Under the pieces are notes generated by a model, which ran no database searches, was not told the origin of the DNA, and worked only from the letters and a program-made list of their open reading frames with translations. Below are positions 28,528 to 37,157 of a stretch of DNA of 64,000 nucleotides, piece by piece. Each line of letters starts with the position of its first letter. Positions within the stretch are counted from its first letter, which is position 1. The stretch comes from an uncultured Bacilli bacterium. Lineage in GTDB: Bacteria; Bacillota_I; Bacilli_A; RF39; UBA660. The DNA is taken from NCBI GenBank assembly GCA_947589535.1, contig CANQAS010000001.1, positions 12,101 through 76,100 of the forward strand. Direction: 5' to 3'. The position numbers were made by a program, and so were the translations under genes.

Positions 28528-30771
28528 TTATATTACGATGCTTCTTTCTTTATAAGATATAGTTATATTGTTGTCACCTTTTAAAATATCATCTAATATT
28601 ATATTATCCATATCTTTTTGTATAAATGAATTTATCTCTTTTATATTGTCCTTATTTTTAAATTTATTATATATAAACTTATAATAACTTTCATCTACGT
28701 TAATCTTAATTTTTCCATAACTGGTTATTATATCATTAATTTTTAAGTTAATAATCTTTTTCTTTGTTTCATAATCATAAGGTTTTATTTTGACACCTAC
28801 CAACACTCTTTTTTCCAATTCATTTTCTTCAATATTTTCATCTTTTTTAAAACCAACACTAATATTTTCTGATAAGTTTTGGGTGAATATAAGAATTGCG
28901 TTGGTAAAGTCTATTTTATTACCACTTCCATCTTCTATATAACCGTTTTCCAAAATTCTGTTAAATACATATTGAACTTCATAACAAGCCATGTCATAGT
29001 TTTCTATTAATATACCAACTGATGGATTCGTTCTAACTTTCTCAAAAACATTATTTTTATTATCATATCCTGTGTACCCTGCGGTAGTTCCTATTAATTT
29101 ACTTACTGTATAATATTCTTTGTATTCTGATAAGTCTATTTTAATTATATCTTTTTTAGACATTATCTCACTTAATAAGGACTCAGCTATATAAGTTTTA
29201 CCAGTACCAGTTTTACCTGAAATTAATATAGAATATACTTTTTTTATAGAAGAAATGTCTTTTTTTATTAACGACTTAATTATTAAATCTATATTTTTTT
29301 CTTGATTTATTATTTTATTATTCAAGTTAGACTTAAGTTTCATATAAAACTTATCTTTTGATAAAGAAATCAGTTTAATATTCCCCTTATTTTTTATAAC
29401 TTGAATAATATCTTTTTTATTAACTTCTTTTCTATCATCTTTTATTTTCTTTATATCATTTAATAAATGATATTCATCACTTTTTAAATCACTTGCTTTC
29501 TTAAAATCACCTTTCGATATTGCTTCTAGCTTTTGTTTCTTTATAACAGCAATTCTATCTTGTAAGCTTTTTTTCTTTTTTTCAGAAGCCGATGGTAAAA
29601 AAGAGGTCTTAACACACACTTCATCTAAAATATCAATTGATCTATCTGGTTCAAATCTATTACTAAGATATTTATCTGATAGATAAACAATATCTTTTAT
29701 TAATTCATCAGAAATTTTAATATTATGATACTTTTCATATAAAGGTTTTATTCCACTTAAAATTTTAATTACCGAATTGCTATCAGGTTCTTCTACAATA
29801 ACTTTTTGAAATCTTCTAGCTAGTGCAGCATCTGGTTCTATATATTTTTTATATTCATCTAAAGTTGTTGCACCTATTATTTTTATCGAACCCCTTGCTA
29901 ATGTAGGTTTAAGTATGTTAGATGCATCTATTGCTCCTTCTGCACCTCCTGCTCCCACTATGGTATGAATTTCATCTACAAATAAAATTATATCAGGATT
30001 TTCTTCTAATTCTTTTATTACACTTTTCATTTTTTCTTCGAACTCTCCACGGTACTTAGTCCCAGATACTAAAGAAAATATGTCTAAAGATATTATTTTC
30101 TTATTTTTTAAATGAAATGGACATTTATCACTTTCAAGAAGAGATGCTATTCCTTCTATTATAGCCGTTTTTCCAACTCCTGCCGGTCCAACTAATATAG
30201 GATTGTTTTTTTTCCGTCTTAAAAGAATTTCGATTGTACTATTAATTTCTTTTTCCCTTCCAATTACAGGATCAATCTTTTTATCTATTGCAAGTTTGTT
30301 TAGATTAGTTCCTAGTTCATCTATTAGTAATTTTTTCATTCTCTTTTTATTTCCTTTTTTTCTTCTTAAATCAAAATATAATTTATCTATGTTTATATTC
30401 ATACTTTTTAAAACACTATATGCAACACCATTTTCTTCATCTAGAATTAATATAACTATGAGTTCTGGACTAACTATTTTATTATTTTGCTCTCTAGCTT
30501 CAATTACTGAATTTTCCAGTATTCGTTTTAAAAAAGGCGTATATAAAATAAAATCATTCTTTTTACTTCCTATACCAATTAAACTTACTAACTTTTCTCT
30601 AAATTTATCATAAGTAATTTTATTTTTTTTAAATATATCTATTAATCTGCTATCTTTAAGCATTGATAAAAATAAATGCTCACTTCCAACGTATGGGTGC
30701 TTTAGCTCATCTCTTTGTATTTCTGCCTGTTTTAGTATACGTTTTACCTCTTCGCTAAAATTAACAAACAT
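28528..30771 (-). CDS. ClpC-like AAA+ unfoldase with a degenerate second nucleotide-binding domain
   Basis: Clp_N repeats. D1 has Walker A GPAGVGKT and Walker B ILFVDEIH. A UVR-like linker follows. D2 has Walker A GKTGTGKT, but its Walker B position reads ILIENYDMA. A VGF ClpP-docking tripeptide is present. The start is either 30771 (SD AAGGGGA) or 30792. Confidence 0.75.
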   Translation of the reverse strand: MFVNFSEEVKRILKQAEIQRDELKHPYVGSEHLFLSMLKDSRLIDIFKKNKITYDKFREKLVSLIGIGSKKNDFILYTPFLKRILENSVIEAREQNNKIVSPELIVILILDEENGVAYSVLKSMNINIDKLYFDLRRKKGNKKRMKKLLIDELGTNLNKLAIDKKIDPVIGREKEINSTIEILLRRKKNNPILVGPAGVGKTAIIEGIASLLESDKCPFHLKNKKIISLDIFSLVSGTKYRGEFEEKMKSVIKELEENPDIILFVDEIHTIVGAGGAEGAIDASNILKPTLARGSIKIIGATTLDEYKKYIEPDAALARRFQKVIVEEPDSNSVIKILSGIKPLYEKYHNIKISDELIKDIVYLSDKYLSNRFEPDRSIDILDEVCVKTSFLPSASEKKKKSLQDRIAVIKKQKLEAISKGDFKKASDLKSDEYHLLNDIKKIKDDRKEVNKKDIIQVIKNKGNIKLISLSKDKFYMKLKSNLNNKIINQEKNIDLIIKSLIKKDISSIKKVYSILISGKTGTGKTYIAESLLSEIMSKKDIIKIDLSEYKEYYTVSKLIGTTAGYTGYDNKNNVFEKVRTNPSVGILIENYDMACYEVQYVFNRILENGYIEDGSGNKIDFTNAILIFTQNLSENISVGFKKDENIEENELEKRVLVGVKIKPYDYETKKKIINLKINDIITSYGKIKINVDESYYKFIYNKFKNKDNIKEINSFIQKDMDNIILDDILKGDNNITISYKERSIVI

Positions 30772-30859
30772 AAAAATCCCCTTTCTATACATTCTATGTT
30801 CGTTATGGGTAGTTTATTTGATTTTTATACATTAAAAAAGAAGCATTTCTGCCTCTTTC

Positions 30860-32557
30860 TTAAACTAATACAAATACTATAATTGCTGATACAATTACCA
30901 AAACAAATAATGATAATAAAACTTTCCAAATGTATTTAAACCATTTACCATAAGGAATGTTTAAATAATATAAACCTATTATTAATCCTACTGATGTAGG
31001 TGCAATAATCATCATTAAATAGTAAATACTTTGTGCTATTAGAGCAATAACACCATGAAGATTTGTATCACTTACTATACTAGTAAATATTGAAGCTACA
31101 GATGATACGAAGTAGTAAAAATCTGCAGTTAACACACTACCTACGATTGTTGATAAAGTGATCGTAGCAATATTAAATCCTTTTGTTAAAGTTGCAATCC
31201 AATTACATATTGTAATATTTATTCCTGTAGTAACAGATATTACAAGAACAATGCTAATTAACATAGCTGTAATTGCTACTGGAAGTACCTTCTTTATACC
31301 ATTAGTAGTAGATGATATGAATTCATCTAATTTAACTTTTTTACATATTGCTATTACCGCGGTAATTATGAATAAGAAAATAGCCATATCAGTCATTGAC
31401 CAAGATCCTATAGCACTAATTACTCCAGTTGTTGAACCAGTTGTACTATCAGTTATCATTGGAGAACCAATCACATTATTAAATATTTCATAGTTTCCTA
31501 TTTTTAAGTTTGATAACCAAGTATTAAGATCTGAAAATACAGTAAATTTAGTAAATAATGATTCCCAAGGAATAATTGTACATAATGTAAATAGTACGAA
31601 TAAAACTAAGCTAGTTGCAAATAAGACGTTTTCTCTTCTGCTACTATTAACAGAAATATTACCATCTTTATCAGCTTTTTCAGTTAAAACGGTTATAAAT
31701 TCTGCAATCGATAATATTGTAGGTATTAAAGTCCAACAGAAAATAATATTTAAAATTCCGGCTTTTACTTTACCAGCATAAAATTTATTAATACCAATAG
31801 TTCCTAATAATATAGTTAGAACTGCATAAATAATTTTATTAACTTTTCTTTCTTTTGATGACTGCTTTTTAACGGTTTTAACCGTTGTGCTTTTAGTAGT
31901 TTCCTTAATTATATTCTTATCCGAAGCTTTTTTTACAGTCTTCTTTTTCTTATTCGAATAATTAACTTTTTTTGGTGCAGTAAAGAAAATTAAGATTGCT
32001 AATGATAATACTAACACTATTAGTTTAACTAATAATAAAGTATTTACTTTTAAATTGAACATGGTAAATAAAGTATTATCATAAATACCATTCATAGCTC
32101 CAACAAATGTAGCTATTATAGTTGATGATAAAATAACTTTTTTATCAATTTCTAATGTCTTCATAACTTGATAAATAAATGGCATAAACATAATTAATAT
32201 CATTGCATCTTTTACCAAGCAAGCTAAAATTCCAAATACTATTATAGTAATAGTAACTAATAAGCCTTCTTTATTCTTAAAAATAGCAGCTGTATTATTA
32301 ACAAATTTGTTATATACATCTAATTTGTTCATTATTGCGTAAAAACAAGCAACAGCTATTAAGAATACCGCAATACCATTAAAATATGATATTGAAATGC
32401 TTAAATTAGATAATAAACCGGCAATACCAACACCACTTACCGTATCAGTAACTACATTACCATTATAATCTAAGTATGATGCGGGTATAAATAAGGTCAA
32501 AAGCCAAGTTACAATAACTGTTATTGCAAGCACTTTGAATAAATTATACTTTTTCAT
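30860..32557 (-). CDS. polytopic permease-like membrane protein with an internal Lys-rich linker and TM2 domain
   Basis: More than 10 TM helices, with flanks that loosely resemble YfcC/IT-superfamily permeases. The central segment ILLGTIGINKFYAGKVKAGILNIIFCWTLIP fits the TM2 domain pattern. The start is trimmed to the ATG at 32557, after GGGAGG. Confidence 0.5.
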   Translation of the reverse strand: MKKYNLFKVLAITVIVTWLLTLFIPASYLDYNGNVVTDTVSGVGIAGLLSNLSISISYFNGIAVFLIAVACFYAIMNKLDVYNKFVNNTAAIFKNKEGLLVTITIIVFGILACLVKDAMILIMFMPFIYQVMKTLEIDKKVILSSTIIATFVGAMNGIYDNTLFTMFNLKVNTLLLVKLIVLVLSLAILIFFTAPKKVNYSNKKKKTVKKASDKNIIKETTKSTTVKTVKKQSSKERKVNKIIYAVLTILLGTIGINKFYAGKVKAGILNIIFCWTLIPTILSIAEFITVLTEKADKDGNISVNSSRRENVLFATSLVLFVLFTLCTIIPWESLFTKFTVFSDLNTWLSNLKIGNYEIFNNVIGSPMITDSTTGSTTGVISAIGSWSMTDMAIFLFIITAVIAICKKVKLDEFISSTTNGIKKVLPVAITAMLISIVLVISVTTGINITICNWIATLTKGFNIATITLSTIVGSVLTADFYYFVSSVASIFTSIVSDTNLHGVIALIAQSIYYLMMIIAPTSVGLIIGLYYLNIPYGKWFKYIWKVLLSLFVLVIVSAIIVFVLV

Positions 32558-32693
32558 ATATCCTCCCATAATTATATTATTTGATTTGTGAGACAAAATT
32601 ATGACAATTAGCACCATATGTATAATTCTGCCCTACATATAAATTATACCATATTTTACCATTATATAATAAAAAAAAACTAAAAAGTCTTTT

Positions 32694-33665
32694 TTATAAT
32701 GTAGCAATATAACTTTCTATTGTACTTATAAATTCTTCCTTAGTTTTTATTTCGTATAATTTTTTCTTTATACTAACACTATTTGGTAGTCCTTTTAAAT
32801 ACCATGCTCCATGGGTTCTCATTTCTAACACTGCTACCTTTTCGGGTTTTATTTCAAGTAAATACTCAAAGTGCTTTAAACATGTTTTTAATTTTTCTAC
32901 TGGCGTTTGATCAGGTATTATAATACCTTTTTCTAAATAAGTAACAATTTGTTTTATTAGGTATGGGTTACCAAGTGTACCTCTACCAATCATAACCGCA
33001 TCACAACCCGTTTCATCAAACATTCTTTTAGCGTCATATATTGTTAATATATCTCCATTACCAATTACAGGAATACTTATATTTTCTTTAATTTCTCTTA
33101 TAATGCTCCAATCTGCTTTGCCTGCGTACCCTTGGCTGCGTGTTCTAGGATGGATAGCTATAGCATCAGCTCCTGCTCTTTCGCAAACTTTAGCTACTTC
33201 TACAGCATTAATAGAATTATTATCCCAACCACTTCTAATTTTAACAGTAACAGGAACATTAACCACTTCCTTAACAGCACTTACTATGTCATAAATTTTA
33301 TCTAAATCCTTTAGAAGTGCTGACCCTGCTTGTGATTTAACAGCAACTTTTGGAACAGGGCATCCCATATTTATATCTATAATATCGGGGTGCATTGTTT
33401 CCTCTATTATCTTAGCGGCCTTGACAAAACTATCTTTATCACTACCAAATATTTGCTGGGTAATAGGTCTTTCTTTTTCTGTCATATAAAGCATCTCTTT
33501 AGTTTTTTCATTATCATAAACAAGTGCTTTATCACTAACCATTTCGGCATATAATAATCCACATCCCATTTCTTTTACTATTCTTCTAAAAGCACTATTA
33601 CAAACTCCTGCCATCGGCGCTAAACAAACGTTGTTTTTAATTTCTACATTTCCTATCTTAAACAT
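32694..33665 (-). CDS. dusB: tRNA-dihydrouridine synthase
   Basis: LAPMAGV, DINMGCP and IGNGDI motifs. The start is trimmed to the ATG at 33665. Confidence 0.9.
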   Translation of the reverse strand: MFKIGNVEIKNNVCLAPMAGVCNSAFRRIVKEMGCGLLYAEMVSDKALVYDNEKTKEMLYMTEKERPITQQIFGSDKDSFVKAAKIIEETMHPDIIDINMGCPVPKVAVKSQAGSALLKDLDKIYDIVSAVKEVVNVPVTVKIRSGWDNNSINAVEVAKVCERAGADAIAIHPRTRSQGYAGKADWSIIREIKENISIPVIGNGDILTIYDAKRMFDETGCDAVMIGRGTLGNPYLIKQIVTYLEKGIIIPDQTPVEKLKTCLKHFEYLLEIKPEKVAVLEMRTHGAWYLKGLPNSVSIKKKLYEIKTKEEFISTIESYIATL

Positions 33666-33690
33666 GCCAATCACTTCCAAACTAAATTAA

Positions 33691-33727
33691 TTATATAATA
33701 AAAAGAAACATTTTTATAGTTTCTTTT
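33691..33727 (-). terminator. rho-independent terminator closing the three-gene cassette
   Basis: 9-bp stem AAAAGAAAC / GTTTCTTTT (33701-33727) with a 9-nt loop, directly after the TAA at 33728. A U-rich tail follows on the minus strand. Confidence 0.6.
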
Positions 33728-33901
33728 TTAATTTCCAATACGTTTAGTTTTAATCTTTGAATAACCTTTAGAATCTTTTTTACAATTTAAATCAGTGAAT
33801 TTTGAATAAGATTTACTATTTTTCTTTTCTTGTTCGTTCGCATATTTAATAATATTTTCTATCTTAGTATTTTGTTGCTTTTTAATACTACTACTTTTCA
33901 T
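33728..33901 (-). CDS. small lysine-rich basic protein (57 aa), unknown function
   Basis: ATG at 33901 preceded by AAAGGAAA. The ORF-track TTG start at 33958 has no SD. It is the third gene of the cassette. Confidence 0.4.
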   Translation of the reverse strand: MKSSSIKKQQNTKIENIIKYANEQEKKNSKSYSKFTDLNCKKDSKGYSKIKTKRIGN

Positions 33902-33987
33902 TATACTAATTTTCCTTTCATGTAATTGATATTGTAACATATTAATAAAATAAATCAACTAAAATACTTAAATATTATTAATTATTT

Positions 33988-34269
33988 TTATTGTTTAGAA
34001 ATCAAATACTCTCCAACCATATTTTTTATCATTTCAAAATATACTAACATCGCTTCTAAATAATCATCTTCGCTTAAATTAGCATTGAATAAGTCTTTTA
34101 TTTCTCTGTTCTGTAAATAGTGTAACTCTATTCCATCTTGATTTGCTAATTCAACAATACTATTACCTAAATTCATCAAAGAGTCGTATAATTCTTTTCT
34201 CTTACCATTCGTATCTAATTTTTTAACTTCGTTCATGTAGTTTTCAAATGCTTGATTTATCTCTTCCAT
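33988..34269 (-). CDS. small acidic, probably all-helical protein (93 aa), unknown function
   Basis: TAGGAGA SD, and only a 10-nt gap after the upstream gene stop, so it is probably co-translated in an operon. Confidence 0.55.
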   Translation of the reverse strand: MEEINQAFENYMNEVKKLDTNGKRKELYDSLMNLGNSIVELANQDGIELHYLQNREIKDLFNANLSEDDYLEAMLVYFEMIKNMVGEYLISKQ

Positions 34270-34279
34270 TATATATCTC

Positions 34280-35788
34280 CTATCTTTTAATCGAGCTATC
34301 TGAAGATAATTTATTTTTTCTCATTTTTTCCTTAGCTTTTTCCAGAAATGATTTTTCTTTATATTCTTGCTTTGCTTGCTCTTTTTCTAACTCTAATCTA
34401 TTTTCTAAATCTTTTAATTTTTGTAATTCATTTTCATGCATTCTTAACGAAGCTTCCGCCTTTTCTAGTTGTTCTTGAGCTGCAACTAAATCTTCTTTTG
34501 AATGACCAACTATTATATCCCTTGTTTTTTCATCATGAATATATTCTTGATGCTCTGGAATTATTTTCCTATCGACAGGCCCATCTCCAGGAGCTCTATT
34601 TGTACTTACTTCAACAACTTTTTCTTCAACATATTTAGTTTTATAAGCCTCTGCCTCTTTAGTATCATGTATAAATTTTAGATGACTTTGGTTTTTTCTT
34701 AAATTTTCTACTTCATCAATTAATCTTTTAACAATTTCTTCTTTATTTTTAATTTGTTGGCGTAAATCATCTATTTTTCCCTGTTTATTAATCTCTTGTT
34801 CTATCTTTTCTACTTCTTTTTTCTTTGGATCAAATGATTTATCATTTATTTTTTCTTCGCATTTCTGAACTTCTTTTTTGTACCTTTCTTCAAGTGCAGG
34901 TAAAGTTTTGGCAAATGAATCAAAATATTTTGATGTATAATTCAAACTTTCAATAATATGTTTTAGTTCTTGGCAATTATATAAATTAAATTTTGCATTT
35001 TGTAATTCAACATATTCCTTTCTAGCTGAAGATAATTTGTTCCTATCTTTTTGACTTTCAGTTTTACGCATTAAATCATCTATTTTTCCTATTTCGGGAA
35101 CAATCCATGGATGAAAATTATCCGTGCCTTTTATCATTTCCATTTGATTTATTTTATTACTATTTTGGGCATTTACTTTTTTAGCATTTTTTTCCAAATA
35201 AAATGAAGAGAAAGTATGATGCGCCTGATTTATAATTTCACTTTCATGTCCTTTTCTAATACCAAAATCAGATAAAAGAGAGTCAACATATGTGTAGTAA
35301 TTTGAATCTCCAGGTTTACCTTTTAAAATATATTTTCCTTTTTCTATTTCGTTACCATATTCATCATATGATGGTAATTCACCAGAAATTCTATAATGAC
35401 ATTTATAATTTTCTCCATATTTTTCAAGTATCCTAATAACTTCTGTTAATTGAGCTTTAGCATCAGAAAAAACTTTTTTTCTAATTCTATCTAAATCAAA
35501 GTTTCTACTTTCTGATAAATTATTTACTAAATTATTTATTTTATTAGAAAAATTTTCATATTCAGACAGAAGATTATTAGCATAATCAATAAGATGTTCT
35601 GCCTTTTTCATTTCTTCATCCATTTTACTATAATTTTGTAAATCCCTATCAGACATAGATGATGTTTTTATTTTACTAACTCGCTTTTGTATTATAAATT
35701 TAATCAATGCTAGTTGATTATCTGTTGTGTAATATAAACTATTATCATATACATCAGCTGATTTTACTGATGAAATCTTTATTTTCAT
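34280..35788 (-). CDS. 502-aa coiled-coil-rich cytoplasmic protein, unknown function
   Basis: AGGTGA SD 6 nt before the ATG. No signal peptide, TM helix or P-loop. Long K/E-rich heptad-like stretches flank a central globular region (residues about 125-260). Confidence 0.6.
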   Translation of the reverse strand: MKIKISSVKSADVYDNSLYYTTDNQLALIKFIIQKRVSKIKTSSMSDRDLQNYSKMDEEMKKAEHLIDYANNLLSEYENFSNKINNLVNNLSESRNFDLDRIRKKVFSDAKAQLTEVIRILEKYGENYKCHYRISGELPSYDEYGNEIEKGKYILKGKPGDSNYYTYVDSLLSDFGIRKGHESEIINQAHHTFSSFYLEKNAKKVNAQNSNKINQMEMIKGTDNFHPWIVPEIGKIDDLMRKTESQKDRNKLSSARKEYVELQNAKFNLYNCQELKHIIESLNYTSKYFDSFAKTLPALEERYKKEVQKCEEKINDKSFDPKKKEVEKIEQEINKQGKIDDLRQQIKNKEEIVKRLIDEVENLRKNQSHLKFIHDTKEAEAYKTKYVEEKVVEVSTNRAPGDGPVDRKIIPEHQEYIHDEKTRDIIVGHSKEDLVAAQEQLEKAEASLRMHENELQKLKDLENRLELEKEQAKQEYKEKSFLEKAKEKMRKNKLSSDSSIKR

Positions 35789-35821
35789 ATTACGTCACCT
35801 GCACTTTCCTATGTTAATAAT

Positions 35822-35848
35822 AACATAACACCCCCCCCCGGATGTCAA
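35822..35848 (-). promoter_or_regulatory. sigma-A type promoter with a G9 tract in the spacer
   Basis: The minus strand reads TTGACA (35848-35843) tccGGGGGGGGGtgt TATGTT (35827-35822). TG is in the extended -10 position. The spacer is 15 nt. Confidence 0.5.
35831..35839. repeat. C9/G9 homopolymeric tract
   Basis: Nine consecutive C on the plus strand. The next-longest G/C runs I found in the window are 5 nt. Confidence 0.95.
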
Positions 35849-35883
35849 GCGAATCAAACTGTGGAAAAGAAAAAATGTAAACC

Positions 35884-35910
35884 ATAAAAAAAGATAGAAA
35901 CTTCTATCTT
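35884..35910 (-). terminator. rho-independent terminator after the femAB-family gene
   Basis: 8-bp stem AAGATAGA / TCTATCTT with a 4-nt loop, overlapping the TAG stop. T7 follows on the minus strand. Confidence 0.65.
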
Positions 35911-37145
35911 CTTGCTCTTATAAATTTTAAAATTTTCATACCTAAATTAAATAATGCGTAATAAAACTTATTTATAACTAAATCGTATTCTCCAACTAAT
36001 TCTAATACGTTGGGATTAAATTTTGACTTAAACGTTGATAAATGATCTTCTAAAGAACCATCTACCCCACCTAAATCACAATAATCACAACCTCTTTCTA
36101 AGCAATAACATAATCTATAAAACATAAGACCATTAGTTATTTTTAAAGATGGTAATATTTTTGTATTAGTACCAGCATATAGGAATGATGCAGTTTTAAT
36201 TCCACTTTCGCACGAAGGCATCATAACGATTGTCGCTCCAGCAAGTGGTTTTGGACCAAATTCCTTTTTTATATTTTCAGCTTCCATTATTTGTTTTTTG
36301 CAAAATTCTTTTTTATTTTCATGTTCTTTCATATCTTTCTTTAAAAACGAAATATATTTATCTATGTCCACTCTCGCAAAAAACAAAACAGCATTGTCCG
36401 GAAAACATTCCATTACTTTTTTAAAATAATTTTCACTTCGAAGTGCAATGTGTTGCCTTTCTTCCGTACAACGAAGAACACTTACTAAATCTCTAACGTC
36501 CTTTGGATCAGTTGAAAAGCTAAATTCCACACCACGTTCTTCTTGATAAGAACCAATATAATTTCTAGTATTTTTAGGAAAACTTCTTCTTAATTCTTCT
36601 TTATCCAAAGCATTTCCATTAATATCCTTTAATGAAATAACCATGGTGTATCTTGGCTGTATATATGCGTTAACTTCCTTTTTAAATCCCCCATGAATAA
36701 AACCTAAACTCTTTAAATTAGATGTTATTTCTTCAGCTCCCTTAGTGAAACTTTTTCTTATTTCAATACCCTTATTTTTCTTAATGTTTTGAATATTATC
36801 CTCATTAAAGCATATAAATGGATCTATTTTAATGTCTATTGCACCATTTTTTTTAGCATATTTTTTTAATTCTAATATAAACATTTCAAGTAAATTCTTA
36901 TTCATATAATCAATTACAAAACCTCTTGGAATATAAAATAATTTTTTACCTAAGAACAAGTTCCTTTTTAATATCATTGCGGCGCATACTATCTTATCTT
37001 TATCATACATACCAACTAAATCATGTTCCCAAGCAGTTTTAACATCTGCCCAACTTGACGTTTGCATAAAAGATGTTGACGGAAAATTTTTTACAAATGA
37101 ATCATATTCTGCTTTATTAATACCAGATTTGAATTCATATCTCAT
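35904..37145 (-). CDS. FemAB/MurM-family peptidoglycan interpeptide-bridge aminoacyltransferase
   Basis: 413 aa. The N-terminus FMQTSSWADVK...LFYIPRGF is typical of FemAB-family proteins. Confidence 0.7.
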   Translation of the reverse strand: MRYEFKSGINKAEYDSFVKNFPSTSFMQTSSWADVKTAWEHDLVGMYDKDKIVCAAMILKRNLFLGKKLFYIPRGFVIDYMNKNLLEMFILELKKYAKKNGAIDIKIDPFICFNEDNIQNIKKNKGIEIRKSFTKGAEEITSNLKSLGFIHGGFKKEVNAYIQPRYTMVISLKDINGNALDKEELRRSFPKNTRNYIGSYQEERGVEFSFSTDPKDVRDLVSVLRCTEERQHIALRSENYFKKVMECFPDNAVLFFARVDIDKYISFLKKDMKEHENKKEFCKKQIMEAENIKKEFGPKPLAGATIVMMPSCESGIKTASFLYAGTNTKILPSLKITNGLMFYRLCYCLERGCDYCDLGGVDGSLEDHLSTFKSKFNPNVLELVGEYDLVINKFYYALFNLGMKILKFIRARR

Positions 37146-37157
37146 ATTATCACCTTA

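Noticed and set aside
34280-35788. Possible LXG / type VII secretion toxin identity for the 502-aa protein, based on MKIKISSVKS... at the N-terminus and LKGKPG.
   Set aside because: The LKG-like motif is about 100 residues out of register with the LXG domain. No recognisable toxin domain is present, and no essC/esaA/WXG100 genes lie nearby.
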